NCBI GenBank assembly: GCA_964611515.1 | Contig: CAZTAH010000002.1 | Span: forward strand, 14,390 to 53,495 | Direction of reading: 5' to 3' | Source of the DNA: an uncultured Candidatus Saccharibacteria bacterium | GTDB taxonomy: Bacteria; Patescibacteriota; Minisyncoccia; Phycocordibacterales; UBA9973 | DNA length: 39,106 nt | In this document: positions 1-7,584 of the stretch, one piece after another | How positions within the stretch are numbered: the stretch's first letter is position 1 | Layout: every line of letters begins with the position of its first letter | Position numbers and translations under genes: made by a program | Notes under the pieces: generated by a model | Databases searched by the model: none | What the model was told of the DNA's origin: nothing | What the model saw: the letters and a program-made list of their open reading frames with translations, nothing else

Positions 1-40
1 GGGTAACGAAACAGACGGCCGTCAGACTTGTTACACCTAC
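1..40. repeat. GC-rich imperfect palindrome, copy A of a REP-like element, cut by the window edge and inverted relative to copy B
   Basis: GGGTAACGAAACAGACGGCCGTCAGACTTGTTACACC. The reverse complement of 1..37 matches 33984..34020 at 32 of 37 positions by hand alignment. It shares the central GACGGCCGTC and the GTAAC/GTTAC arms. On the reverse strand it is preceded by GTAG. Confidence 0.7.
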
Positions 41-42
41 AG

Positions 43-72
43 AAAAAGAGTTATGTTCTCTTTTTTGTTTCT
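43..72 (+). terminator. Hairpin (AAAAAGAG / CTCTTTTT, 7-nt loop) followed by a T-run; possible terminator of an upstream gene outside the window
   Basis: 8-bp inverted repeat at 43..50 and 58..65, then TTGTTT. The stem is AT-rich, so it is weak. Confidence 0.3.
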
Positions 73-141
73 ACTAAGAAAGAATTGTTTTTTTGTATAT
101 TTTTGTTCTTCAGAGAGATAATCCTTGATTTTTTAGGGGTA

Positions 142-170
142 TTGACTTTATCCGAGACCAATGATATTAT
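142..170 (+). promoter_or_regulatory. Sigma-70-type promoter candidate for the 219..1253 gene
   Basis: TTGACT (142..147), 17-nt spacer, TATTAT (165..170), with TGa immediately upstream (extended -10). Confidence 0.45.
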
Positions 171-218
171 AAAAAATAACCTAAAAAGAATTACTAAATT
201 AAATTAATTAGAAAAATA

Positions 219-1253
219 ATGAGTAAGAAAATTTCATTTAAACCTAAACAAGTTGCAAAAAATGTTTTATCTGAACTACATCCCAGAACTCAAGAGATAA
301 TGAAGCTTCGTTATGGGCTAGGAGGTGATTCAAAAATTAAAACACTAGAATCTGTTGGTAAAAAATATGGCATTACGAGAGAAAGAGTTCGTCAGATTGA
401 AAGTGCTGCAATTTCTATCATTAGAAAATCAGAAAATCTTAAAAAAGAAAAAGGGGTTCTTAAGGAGCTCAAAAGTCTAATAGCTTCTCTTGGCGCAATA
501 TTACCAGAGAAGGAATTATTAGAAAGTATTTCTAAAGACAAGGTTACTCAAAACACTATTCGTTTTTTCTTGACACTAGGAGAAGATTTTGTAAAACATA
601 AAGAGGACAAAGAGTTTGAAACTCGGTGGAGCGTAGACCCAAAGGTGTCTAAAGAAGTACACAGACTACTTAAGGATATATTTAAATCCCTATCTGATCA
701 AGAACTAGTAACTGAAGGGGAATTAATTTCTCGTTTTTTAGGAGAAGCTGAAAATCTATCAGAAGATTATAGAAATAAAGAGATGGTTAAGAGATGGCTG
801 AAGGTTTCTAAAAAGCTAGGAACTAGTCCTTTGGGTGATTGGGGTAAAGCCAGTGCTTCTGGAGTTAAGATTAGGGGGATAAAAGATTATGCTTATCTGA
901 TAATGAGGAAAAATGGCTCTCCTTTACACTATAAAGAAGTAGCAGAAAATATCACTAAGGTCTTTGGCAAAAAATGTCATGTGGCGACTTGTCACAATGA
1001 ACTAATAAAAGACTCTCGTTTTGTATTGGTGGGGAGGGGCATGTACGCACTGAAAGAATGGGGTTACAAGCCTGGTACTGTTAAACAGGTTATAAAGGAT
1101 TTATTAGAAAAAAATGGACCAATGAAAAAGGAAGAAATTGTAACTGAAGTATTAAAAGAAAAGTACTTAAAAAAGAATACAATATTGGTGAATTTACAAA
1201 ACTCTAAAAACTTCAAAAGAGGTCCTGGGAATTATTATTATCTGGTTGACTAG
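219..1253 (+). CDS. Sigma-70 region-4-like HTH protein with a C-terminal HARE-HTH/winged-helix region; not a complete sigma factor
   Basis: The N-terminus (EIMKLRYGL..TLESVGKKYGITRERVRQIESAAISIIRK) matches the sigma-70 region 4 signature. No region 2 is recognisable. The C-terminal DYAYLIMRKNGSPLHYKEVAENI...GRGMYALKEWGY resembles the HARE-HTH of RNAP delta-type proteins. Confidence 0.6.
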   Translation: MSKKISFKPKQVAKNVLSELHPRTQEIMKLRYGLGGDSKIKTLESVGKKYGITRERVRQIESAAISIIRKSENLKKEKGVLKELKSLIASLGAILPEKELLESISKDKVTQNTIRFFLTLGEDFVKHKEDKEFETRWSVDPKVSKEVHRLLKDIFKSLSDQELVTEGELISRFLGEAENLSEDYRNKEMVKRWLKVSKKLGTSPLGDWGKASASGVKIRGIKDYAYLIMRKNGSPLHYKEVAENITKVFGKKCHVATCHNELIKDSRFVLVGRGMYALKEWGYKPGTVKQVIKDLLEKNGPMKKEEIVTEVLKEKYLKKNTILVNLQNSKNFKRGPGNYYYLVD

Positions 1254-1254
1254 G

Positions 1255-1285
1255 CAAAGCCCTCAGGGGCTTTTCTTCTTTTTCG
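1255..1285 (+). terminator. Rho-independent terminator
   Basis: AAAGCCCC-tca-GGGGCTTT hairpin (1255..1273) followed by TCTTCTTTTT. Confidence 0.65.
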
Positions 1286-1321
1286 GGTTAATTTTTTATG
1301 GTATAATAGAGCATATTTAAC

Positions 1322-2554
1322 ATGATTAAAGAATACTTATCATCTTCTGTTTTTTCTACTGTTTCAAATTTAATTTTTATAATTATTGCTTTTTCTTTTG
1401 TAATTATGTTCGCTTGGTTCGCCTATTTCTTATGGGATCACTATAATGGACAAAAGAAAAGAGTGGGTATTCCTTGGACTCTGTTAGAAATAGTCATTCC
1501 GAGAGAAGTAGTTAAGTCACCAGCAGCAATGGAGTTAGTTTTTTCTAATTTCATTGCACCTAAGTTGTGGTATTCACTAGAGATAGTCTCAATAGAAGGC
1601 AGAATTCATTTTTTCATAAGGACACCAACCAGCATAAAAGACTTAGTAGAAACCCAAATTTATGCTCAATATCCTCAAGCTAAAGTTTTTGAAGTTGAGG
1701 ATTATGCTTTTAAAATACCAGAATACACTAAGGATGGGAATTGGTATACTTGGGGTTGTGAGTTTAAGAAAAAAAGAGAAGATTTTTTACCAATTAAAAG
1801 CTATAGATCTTTTGGAGATGAAATGAAAACAGGAGTAGATGAAGAATATAAGGTTGACCCAATTACTCCTGCTTTAGAATTTATGGGGTCTTTGGGGGAG
1901 GGGCAACAACTGTGGTTACAGATTTTAGTAAGAATTAATACTAAAAAATATTATAGTAAGAAAAAGAAGAAGAAAATAGATTTCTATGACGCAGGGCAAG
2001 AATATTTAGCTGAAATGTTTGAGCCATATGAATCAAATCCAGACTCTAAGGCTAAGCCTCCAAAAAACCTAGAACTAAAAGCCAAAGAAATTAGTAATCA
2101 CTTAGGGCAAACACATTTTGAGTGTGGGATTAGGGTCGTATCTCTTGCTGACAAGTCCATAGTTCCAGAAGAAGTATTCAATAGCCTAAGAAGATCATCT
2201 CGTTTAATATTTAGGCAATATTCTTCTTCTCTCGGAAATGAATTTGAAAGAATTAACTCTACTGAGTTTGAAAAAGCCTGGTCTGATCCTTCAGGGTCGG
2301 CAGTTGATAAATTAAAAGCAAGAATGCTTGATTTTTATAGAATGAGGTCGTTTTTCCACCCTTCCTTAATAAATGATATTGAATACCCTAAAATACTAGC
2401 TCCATTTTTTTCTTCTTATAAACCCAGGGTATTTGTTTTATCTAGTGAAGAGCTAGCTACTATTTTCCATTTCCCTGGAGCAGTTTCAGAGACCCCTAGC
2501 TTTAGAAGAGTTGAATCTAAGATTGCTAAACCTCCTACTAATTTACCTGTATAG
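1322..2554 (+). CDS. Membrane-anchored protein of unknown function (N-terminal TM helix, lysine tract KKKKKK)
   Basis: Long ORF with one N-terminal hydrophobic segment (LIFIIIAFSFVIMFAWFAYFLW). No Walker A or other catalytic motif is recognised. TGgTATAAT lies at 1299..1307. Confidence 0.55.
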   Translation: MIKEYLSSSVFSTVSNLIFIIIAFSFVIMFAWFAYFLWDHYNGQKKRVGIPWTLLEIVIPREVVKSPAAMELVFSNFIAPKLWYSLEIVSIEGRIHFFIRTPTSIKDLVETQIYAQYPQAKVFEVEDYAFKIPEYTKDGNWYTWGCEFKKKREDFLPIKSYRSFGDEMKTGVDEEYKVDPITPALEFMGSLGEGQQLWLQILVRINTKKYYSKKKKKKIDFYDAGQEYLAEMFEPYESNPDSKAKPPKNLELKAKEISNHLGQTHFECGIRVVSLADKSIVPEEVFNSLRRSSRLIFRQYSSSLGNEFERINSTEFEKAWSDPSGSAVDKLKARMLDFYRMRSFFHPSLINDIEYPKILAPFFSSYKPRVFVLSSEELATIFHFPGAVSETPSFRRVESKIAKPPTNLPV

Positions 2555-2556
2555 AA

Positions 2557-3465
2557 ATGACAAGCAAGGTTTCTAAAAAAGTACTTATTAGAATATTTGT
2601 AGGTTCTTTTGCCCTAGTCTTATTTTTTTCTCTGATATATGTCTTTCTTCTAACTCAATCTCCTCTAAACAATAAAGATGAGATTATAGATATTCCTAAA
2701 AATCAGCAGTCTCATGTTGTTTTTAATGAGTTAAAGGAAAAAAAGATTATCAAAAGTATAAATGTTTTGAAGTTTTTCTTAAAAACACACAATGAAAAAG
2801 GGGAGATTAAGGCAGGTACCTATTTATTTAAAAAAGGAAGTCCCGTTTATGAAATTGCTAGACAGTTGTATTTTGGTATTTATAACATAGCTCCAATTAA
2901 GGTTGTTATAAGAGAGGGGTTAAATAATAAGGAAATATCAGAGGTGTTAAAAAATTCTTTTGAAGATTTTAATGAAGATGTTTTCATGGAAAAAACAAAA
3001 GATCTTCAAGGGGGCTTATTCCCTGATACTTATTTTCTCTCTCCTTATCTTTCGGTTGAAGAAATAATAGAAGAAATGACTAATAATTTTAATAAAAAAA
3101 TAAAAGGACTTAGTAAGGAGATCGAGAGAACAAACAAAAGCCTAGAAGAAATAATAGTGATGGCTTCTTTATTGCAAGGAGAAGCTAGTGGAGAAAAAGA
3201 TATTTTTCTAATCTCTGGGATATTATGGAAAAGATTAGAAAAAAACATGCTGTTGCAAGTAGATGTTGATCGTCAGACTTATGAGAATCCTGGTTTACCC
3301 AATACTCCAATTAATAATCCTGGCTTATTAGCCATAAAAGCCTCCCTGAATCCAGTAGATTCTCCTTATTATTACTATTTACACGACAGGAATAGAGAGA
3401 TTTATTTTGCTGAAAATCATGAAAAGCACATAAAAAATATAAATACATATCTACGAAATAAATGA
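2557..3465 (+). CDS. mltG: Endolytic murein transglycosylase MltG (YceG-like)
   Basis: N-terminal TM helix. The C-terminus LLQVDVD...YENPGLPNTPINNPGLLAIKASLNPVDSPYYYYL matches the YceG/MltG signature. Confidence 0.85.
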   Translation: MTSKVSKKVLIRIFVGSFALVLFFSLIYVFLLTQSPLNNKDEIIDIPKNQQSHVVFNELKEKKIIKSINVLKFFLKTHNEKGEIKAGTYLFKKGSPVYEIARQLYFGIYNIAPIKVVIREGLNNKEISEVLKNSFEDFNEDVFMEKTKDLQGGLFPDTYFLSPYLSVEEIIEEMTNNFNKKIKGLSKEIERTNKSLEEIIVMASLLQGEASGEKDIFLISGILWKRLEKNMLLQVDVDRQTYENPGLPNTPINNPGLLAIKASLNPVDSPYYYYLHDRNREIYFAENHEKHIKNINTYLRNK

Positions 3466-4547
3466 AGAAAAATTTAAGAAAAAAGGAAAAACTTGTTTTT
3501 GTCGGTCTTTCTGGAGGAGTTGATTCCTCTGTTGCGCTGGCTTTGCTTAAAAAAGAAGGATATAAAACTGTGGGGGTTTTTATTAAAACATGGTCTCCAG
3601 ATTTTATTAATTGCTCTTGGTCAAAAGAGAGAAGGGAGGCGATAAGAATTTGTTCATTTCTCAATGTTCCTTTTATTGATTTTGATGCCACGGAAGAATA
3701 CAAAAGAGAGGTAGCGAATTATATGATAGAGGAATACAGAAAAGGAAGAACCCCCAATCCTGATGTTATGTGTAATCGTCAAATCAAATTTGGTGCTTTT
3801 TGGGAATTTGCAAAATCAAAAGGAGCTGATTATATAGCAACTGGTCATTATGCAAAAAAAGAATATCAGGAAAATGAGGGACATCAACTTTTAATTGGTC
3901 CAGATAAAAATAAAGATCAAGTTTATTTTCTCTGGACTCTTAATCAAGAGGATCTCGGGCACTCTCTTTTTCCAATAGGGAATATGACTAAAGAAAAAGT
4001 TAGAAAACTAGCAAAAAGATTAAAGCTCCCAAATGCAGACAAGAAGGATAGTCAAGGAGTTTGTTTTTTGGGGAAATTAGACATGAAGGAGTTTTTATCT
4101 CACTACATAAAAAAAGAAGCAGGGAAGGTGTTAAGTGAAGAAGGGGAAATAATAGGAGAACACACAGGATCAATGTTTTATACATTAGGAGAAAGGCATG
4201 GTTTTAAAATAGAAAAGAAGCACTCTTCCGGAAAGCCATTTTTTGTCATAGGGAAAGACATCAAAAACAACACCATTACTGTTTCTAATGAATTAAGACC
4301 AGAACAAAATAGCGAGAGGAAGACCTTGAGATTAAATAATTGCAATTGGATTGGGAGGGCACCGCTAGTTAATGGGAAGTATCAAATACAAATAAGGTAT
4401 CACGGAAAACTAAAATTAGCAGAAGTAGAAAATATCAAAAAAGACACATTGGCCCTGAAGTTGAAAAAAAATATTTTAGCGGACTCTGGTCAATCCGTAG
4501 TGATTTATGATGGAAAAGTTTTATTAGGAGGAGGTGTTATTTCTTGA
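3462..4547 (+). CDS. mnmA: tRNA-specific 2-thiouridylase MnmA
   Basis: PP-loop VGLSGGVDSSVAL, NPDVMCN, ATGHYA and SQGVCFLG motifs. ATGA overlap with mltG. Confidence 0.9.
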   Translation: MKKNLRKKEKLVFVGLSGGVDSSVALALLKKEGYKTVGVFIKTWSPDFINCSWSKERREAIRICSFLNVPFIDFDATEEYKREVANYMIEEYRKGRTPNPDVMCNRQIKFGAFWEFAKSKGADYIATGHYAKKEYQENEGHQLLIGPDKNKDQVYFLWTLNQEDLGHSLFPIGNMTKEKVRKLAKRLKLPNADKKDSQGVCFLGKLDMKEFLSHYIKKEAGKVLSEEGEIIGEHTGSMFYTLGERHGFKIEKKHSSGKPFFVIGKDIKNNTITVSNELRPEQNSERKTLRLNNCNWIGRAPLVNGKYQIQIRYHGKLKLAEVENIKKDTLALKLKKNILADSGQSVVIYDGKVLLGGGVIS

Positions 4548-4586
4548 AAAAACTGTTAATATAAAAAAAGATTATAAAAAAATAAA

Positions 4587-6326
4587 ATGAAACAAATAAG
4601 AAAAAAATATCTAGATTTTTTTGAAAAAAGGGGGCACAAGATAATTCCTTCTGCGTCTCTAGTTCCTGAAAATGATCCTTCTGTTTTATTTAATACAGCA
4701 GGAATGCTTCCTCTTGTCCCTTACCTATTAGGTGAGAAACATCCAATGGGAGAAAGGTTGGTTAATGTTCAAAAATGTATAAGGACTGGAGACATAGATG
4801 AGGTTGGAGATAATAGGCATTTAACTTTTTTTGAAATGCTAGGAAATTGGTCCTTGGGTGATTATTTTAAAGAAAAATCTATTCAATGGAGTTTTGAGTT
4901 TTTAACGGATAAAAAAGAAGGATTAGGTTTAAATAAGGACAGATTATATATTACTGTTTTTGAGGGCAATAAAGAGGCTAAGAAGGACGAAGAGGCTTTT
5001 GATATTTGGACTAAGTATGTAGACAAAAATAGGATCTATTTCCTTCCAGCCGAAGATAACTGGTGGGAAGCTGGAGATAGTGGACCATGTGGCCCAGACA
5101 CTGAGATTTTCTATGACATAAACGAGGAGCCCCTGGGAGATCTTAATAGAGAAGAATTTATTAAAGCCAACAAAGAAGGGAAGGTGGTTGAGATATGGAA
5201 TAATGTTTTTATGCAATATGAAAAAAAAGAAGGAAAAATAGTTGGTTTTCTAAAAAATAATAATGTTGACACAGGGGTAGGCCTGGAAAGAATTAGTATG
5301 GTGGTGGAAAAGAAAAAAGATATTTTTGAAATTGAGATATTTAAATTAATAATAGAAAAAATAAGAGAAGAATCAGAGGGAGGAGATGAGAGGATAGAGA
5401 AAATAATTGCTGATCATTTAAGAGCTGTTATTTTTATGATTGGAGACGGTGTTCTTTTTTCTAACACTGCTCAAGGGTATGTCCTGCGAAGACTATTTAG
5501 AAGGGTAATTAGGTTTTCTTTTGTCCTCAATTTTACCCAAAAAGGGCTAGAGCAAGCAATAGACTTAATTGTTGATTATTACAAAGAGACATATCCTGAA
5601 GTAATAGAAAATAGGGATATTATTTTAGAGGAAATAAGAAAAGAGAAGAAAAGATTTGAGCAAACACTTGAAAGGGGATTAAGAGAATTTGAAAAAGGAA
5701 CAGACCCATTTGTTTTATATACTACCTATGGCTTTCCTATAGAACTAAGTCAAGAATTAGCAAAAGAGAGAGGGCAAAAAATAGACAGAAAAGATTTTGA
5801 TAAAAAAATATCCAAACATCAAGAATTATCCAGAACCTCTTCTGCGGGAATGTTTAAGGGTGGATTGTCTGGGTCTAGTTCTAAGATTATTAAATTACAC
5901 ACAGCTCACCATTTATTATTAGCAGCCTTACAAGAACTAATAGACAAAGACATCAAACAAAGAGGAAGCAATATCACAGAAGAAAGATTAAGAATGGATT
6001 TTAGTTTTAACAGAAAACTAGAAAAGGAAGAATTGAAAAAAGTAGAAGATTGGGTAAATGATAAGATAGAAAAAAACCTCTCTGTGATAAAAAAAGAAAT
6101 GACTAAAGAGGAAGCAGTTTTACTGGGAGCGGAAATGGAATTTAATGCTAAGTATCCAGAAGTAGTTTCTGTTTATTTTATTGAAAATGAAGATGGTTCT
6201 TATTTATCAAAAGAATTTTGTGGAGGACCTCATGTGAAAAACACTAAAGAAATTGGAATTTTTAAGATTATAAAAGAAGAGGCTTCTTCTGCTGGAATAA
6301 GAAGAATTAGGGCTGTTATCTCTTAA
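4587..6326 (+). CDS. alaS: Alanine--tRNA ligase, short form (579 aa; no C-Ala domain, minimal editing domain)
   Basis: FNTAGM, FEMLGNWSLGDYFK, WWEAGDSGPCGPDTEIFYD, EIWNNVFMQY and VDTGVGLERI. Editing motifs HTAHHLL and CGGPHV; ends at AGIRRIRAVIS. Confidence 0.9.
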   Translation: MKQIRKKYLDFFEKRGHKIIPSASLVPENDPSVLFNTAGMLPLVPYLLGEKHPMGERLVNVQKCIRTGDIDEVGDNRHLTFFEMLGNWSLGDYFKEKSIQWSFEFLTDKKEGLGLNKDRLYITVFEGNKEAKKDEEAFDIWTKYVDKNRIYFLPAEDNWWEAGDSGPCGPDTEIFYDINEEPLGDLNREEFIKANKEGKVVEIWNNVFMQYEKKEGKIVGFLKNNNVDTGVGLERISMVVEKKKDIFEIEIFKLIIEKIREESEGGDERIEKIIADHLRAVIFMIGDGVLFSNTAQGYVLRRLFRRVIRFSFVLNFTQKGLEQAIDLIVDYYKETYPEVIENRDIILEEIRKEKKRFEQTLERGLREFEKGTDPFVLYTTYGFPIELSQELAKERGQKIDRKDFDKKISKHQELSRTSSAGMFKGGLSGSSSKIIKLHTAHHLLLAALQELIDKDIKQRGSNITEERLRMDFSFNRKLEKEELKKVEDWVNDKIEKNLSVIKKEMTKEEAVLLGAEMEFNAKYPEVVSVYFIENEDGSYLSKEFCGGPHVKNTKEIGIFKIIKEEASSAGIRRIRAVIS

Positions 6327-6366
6327 AAATTCATTAATTTTTATTTTATATAGTATAATAAATAAT

Positions 6367-7584
6367 ATGTGGTCATTATTTTCTCCCGAACCTAATAATA
6401 AGAAATTGGTAGCAGTTTTTGACATAGGATCAGGTAGTATTGGGGGGGCTCTAGTTGAATTGAATAAAGAAACAGAGGAAGAGAGGCCTAAGATCATAAG
6501 CAGTGTTCGCTTTGAAATTAGAAATGAGGGGGACCCTAGTGTTAACCCTAAAGCCTTTACTAAAGAAATGCTTTCTGCTCTAAAGAAAACAACTGAGCAT
6601 CTTTTTGATTTGAAAAAAGGGGCTCCCGATAAGATATTTTGTATGTTAGCTTCTCCTTGGTATTATCCAGAAATTAGAACAATAACTGAGTCAAGATTAA
6701 AAAAAGTTAGACTAAATGACAAAACCATAAGAGAGCTGAGCGAAAAGGAGTTAGTTACTATAAAAAGAGAATACAATGAAAGGTTTAATTCTGAAGAACA
6801 GAAGAGAGAGGTTATAGAGCAATTTTCTTCCTCTTTTTTGCTAGATGGAAAGTTTTATTTAAATCCCTTTGGGAAAAAAGCAAGAAATATCACAATGGAT
6901 TTAGTGGTATCAACTTCTCCAAAAAAATTATTGGATAAAATAAAAAAAATAATAGAAAAGTCATTTCCACTAAGAGAGATAAAATTCATGTCATTTTCCT
7001 CCGCTTCATTTTTAGCCATTAGGGATAATTTTATAGTAAACAATGATACTTATTTTTTAATAGACATTAGCGGACAAACTACAGATATAACAGCTATAGA
7101 AAAGGGTTTCATCAAATCATTTAAATCTTTCTCTTTCGGTAGAAAGAATATCTTCAGATACTTAGCTAATAAGTTTAAATTTGATTACAGAGATGCAAAA
7201 AACCTATTCTCTTTATATGACAATGATAACCTGTCTATTGCTATGGAGAAAAAGGTAGCCCCAGAGGTGTCCTTGCTTAAGAAAATTTGGCTTAAAAAAT
7301 TTAAAAACAAAATAGAAGAAATTAAATCAGAGGGAATAAAGACCTCTAAGACTTTTTTTGTAACAGCAGATGATGATGTTAAAAAGTGGTTCACTCAATC
7401 TATTCTAGAATCTGAAATAGACAATACTCTAATAGATGAAAATAAGGGTGTTAACATAATCAGCTTAGATGGGTCAGAGTTTTTGCATAGTTATTATCCT
7501 AAAAAATGTCGATTTGATTCTTTTCTTGCTATCGCTACTATTGCTCTAAATAAAGAAAAAATAAAAACCTATGGAAAAAATTAA
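6367..7584 (+). CDS. Actin/HSP70-fold (ASKHA) ATPase-like protein, FtsA/PilM-like
   Basis: Phosphate-1-like VAVFDIGSGSIGGALV and phosphate-2-like FLIDISGQTTDITAIEKG motifs. The rest is divergent. Confidence 0.5.
   Translation: MWSLFSPEPNNKKLVAVFDIGSGSIGGALVELNKETEEERPKIISSVRFEIRNEGDPSVNPKAFTKEMLSALKKTTEHLFDLKKGAPDKIFCMLASPWYYPEIRTITESRLKKVRLNDKTIRELSEKELVTIKREYNERFNSEEQKREVIEQFSSSFLLDGKFYLNPFGKKARNITMDLVVSTSPKKLLDKIKKIIEKSFPLREIKFMSFSSASFLAIRDNFIVNNDTYFLIDISGQTTDITAIEKGFIKSFKSFSFGRKNIFRYLANKFKFDYRDAKNLFSLYDNDNLSIAMEKKVAPEVSLLKKIWLKKFKNKIEEIKSEGIKTSKTFFVTADDDVKKWFTQSILESEIDNTLIDENKGVNIISLDGSEFLHSYYPKKCRFDSFLAIATIALNKEKIKTYGKN

Noticed and set aside
3311-3703. Antisense or alternate-frame ORFs in the six-frame track. 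Examples: 3045..3248, 3311..3703, 4000..4185, 4944..5216, 6207..6497, 8425..8790, 9742..10152, 11963..12202, 16381..16905, 17183..17368, 18026..18439, 19905..20174, 20203..20457, 21756..22037, 25488..26048, 27128..27391, 35385..35702, 38630..38836.
   Set aside because: Each lies wholly inside, or opposite, a confidently identified conserved gene. Each has a low-complexity Ser/Leu/Phe/Ile-rich translation typical of shadow ORFs in AT-rich DNA.
3462-4547. Alternative genetic code (UGA read as Gly, as in some reduced-genome lineages).
   Set aside because: mltG and mnmA end at TGA at the expected family C-termini (...YLRNK*, ...GGGVIS*). Conserved genes are full-length without in-frame TGA read-through, so the standard bacterial code applies.
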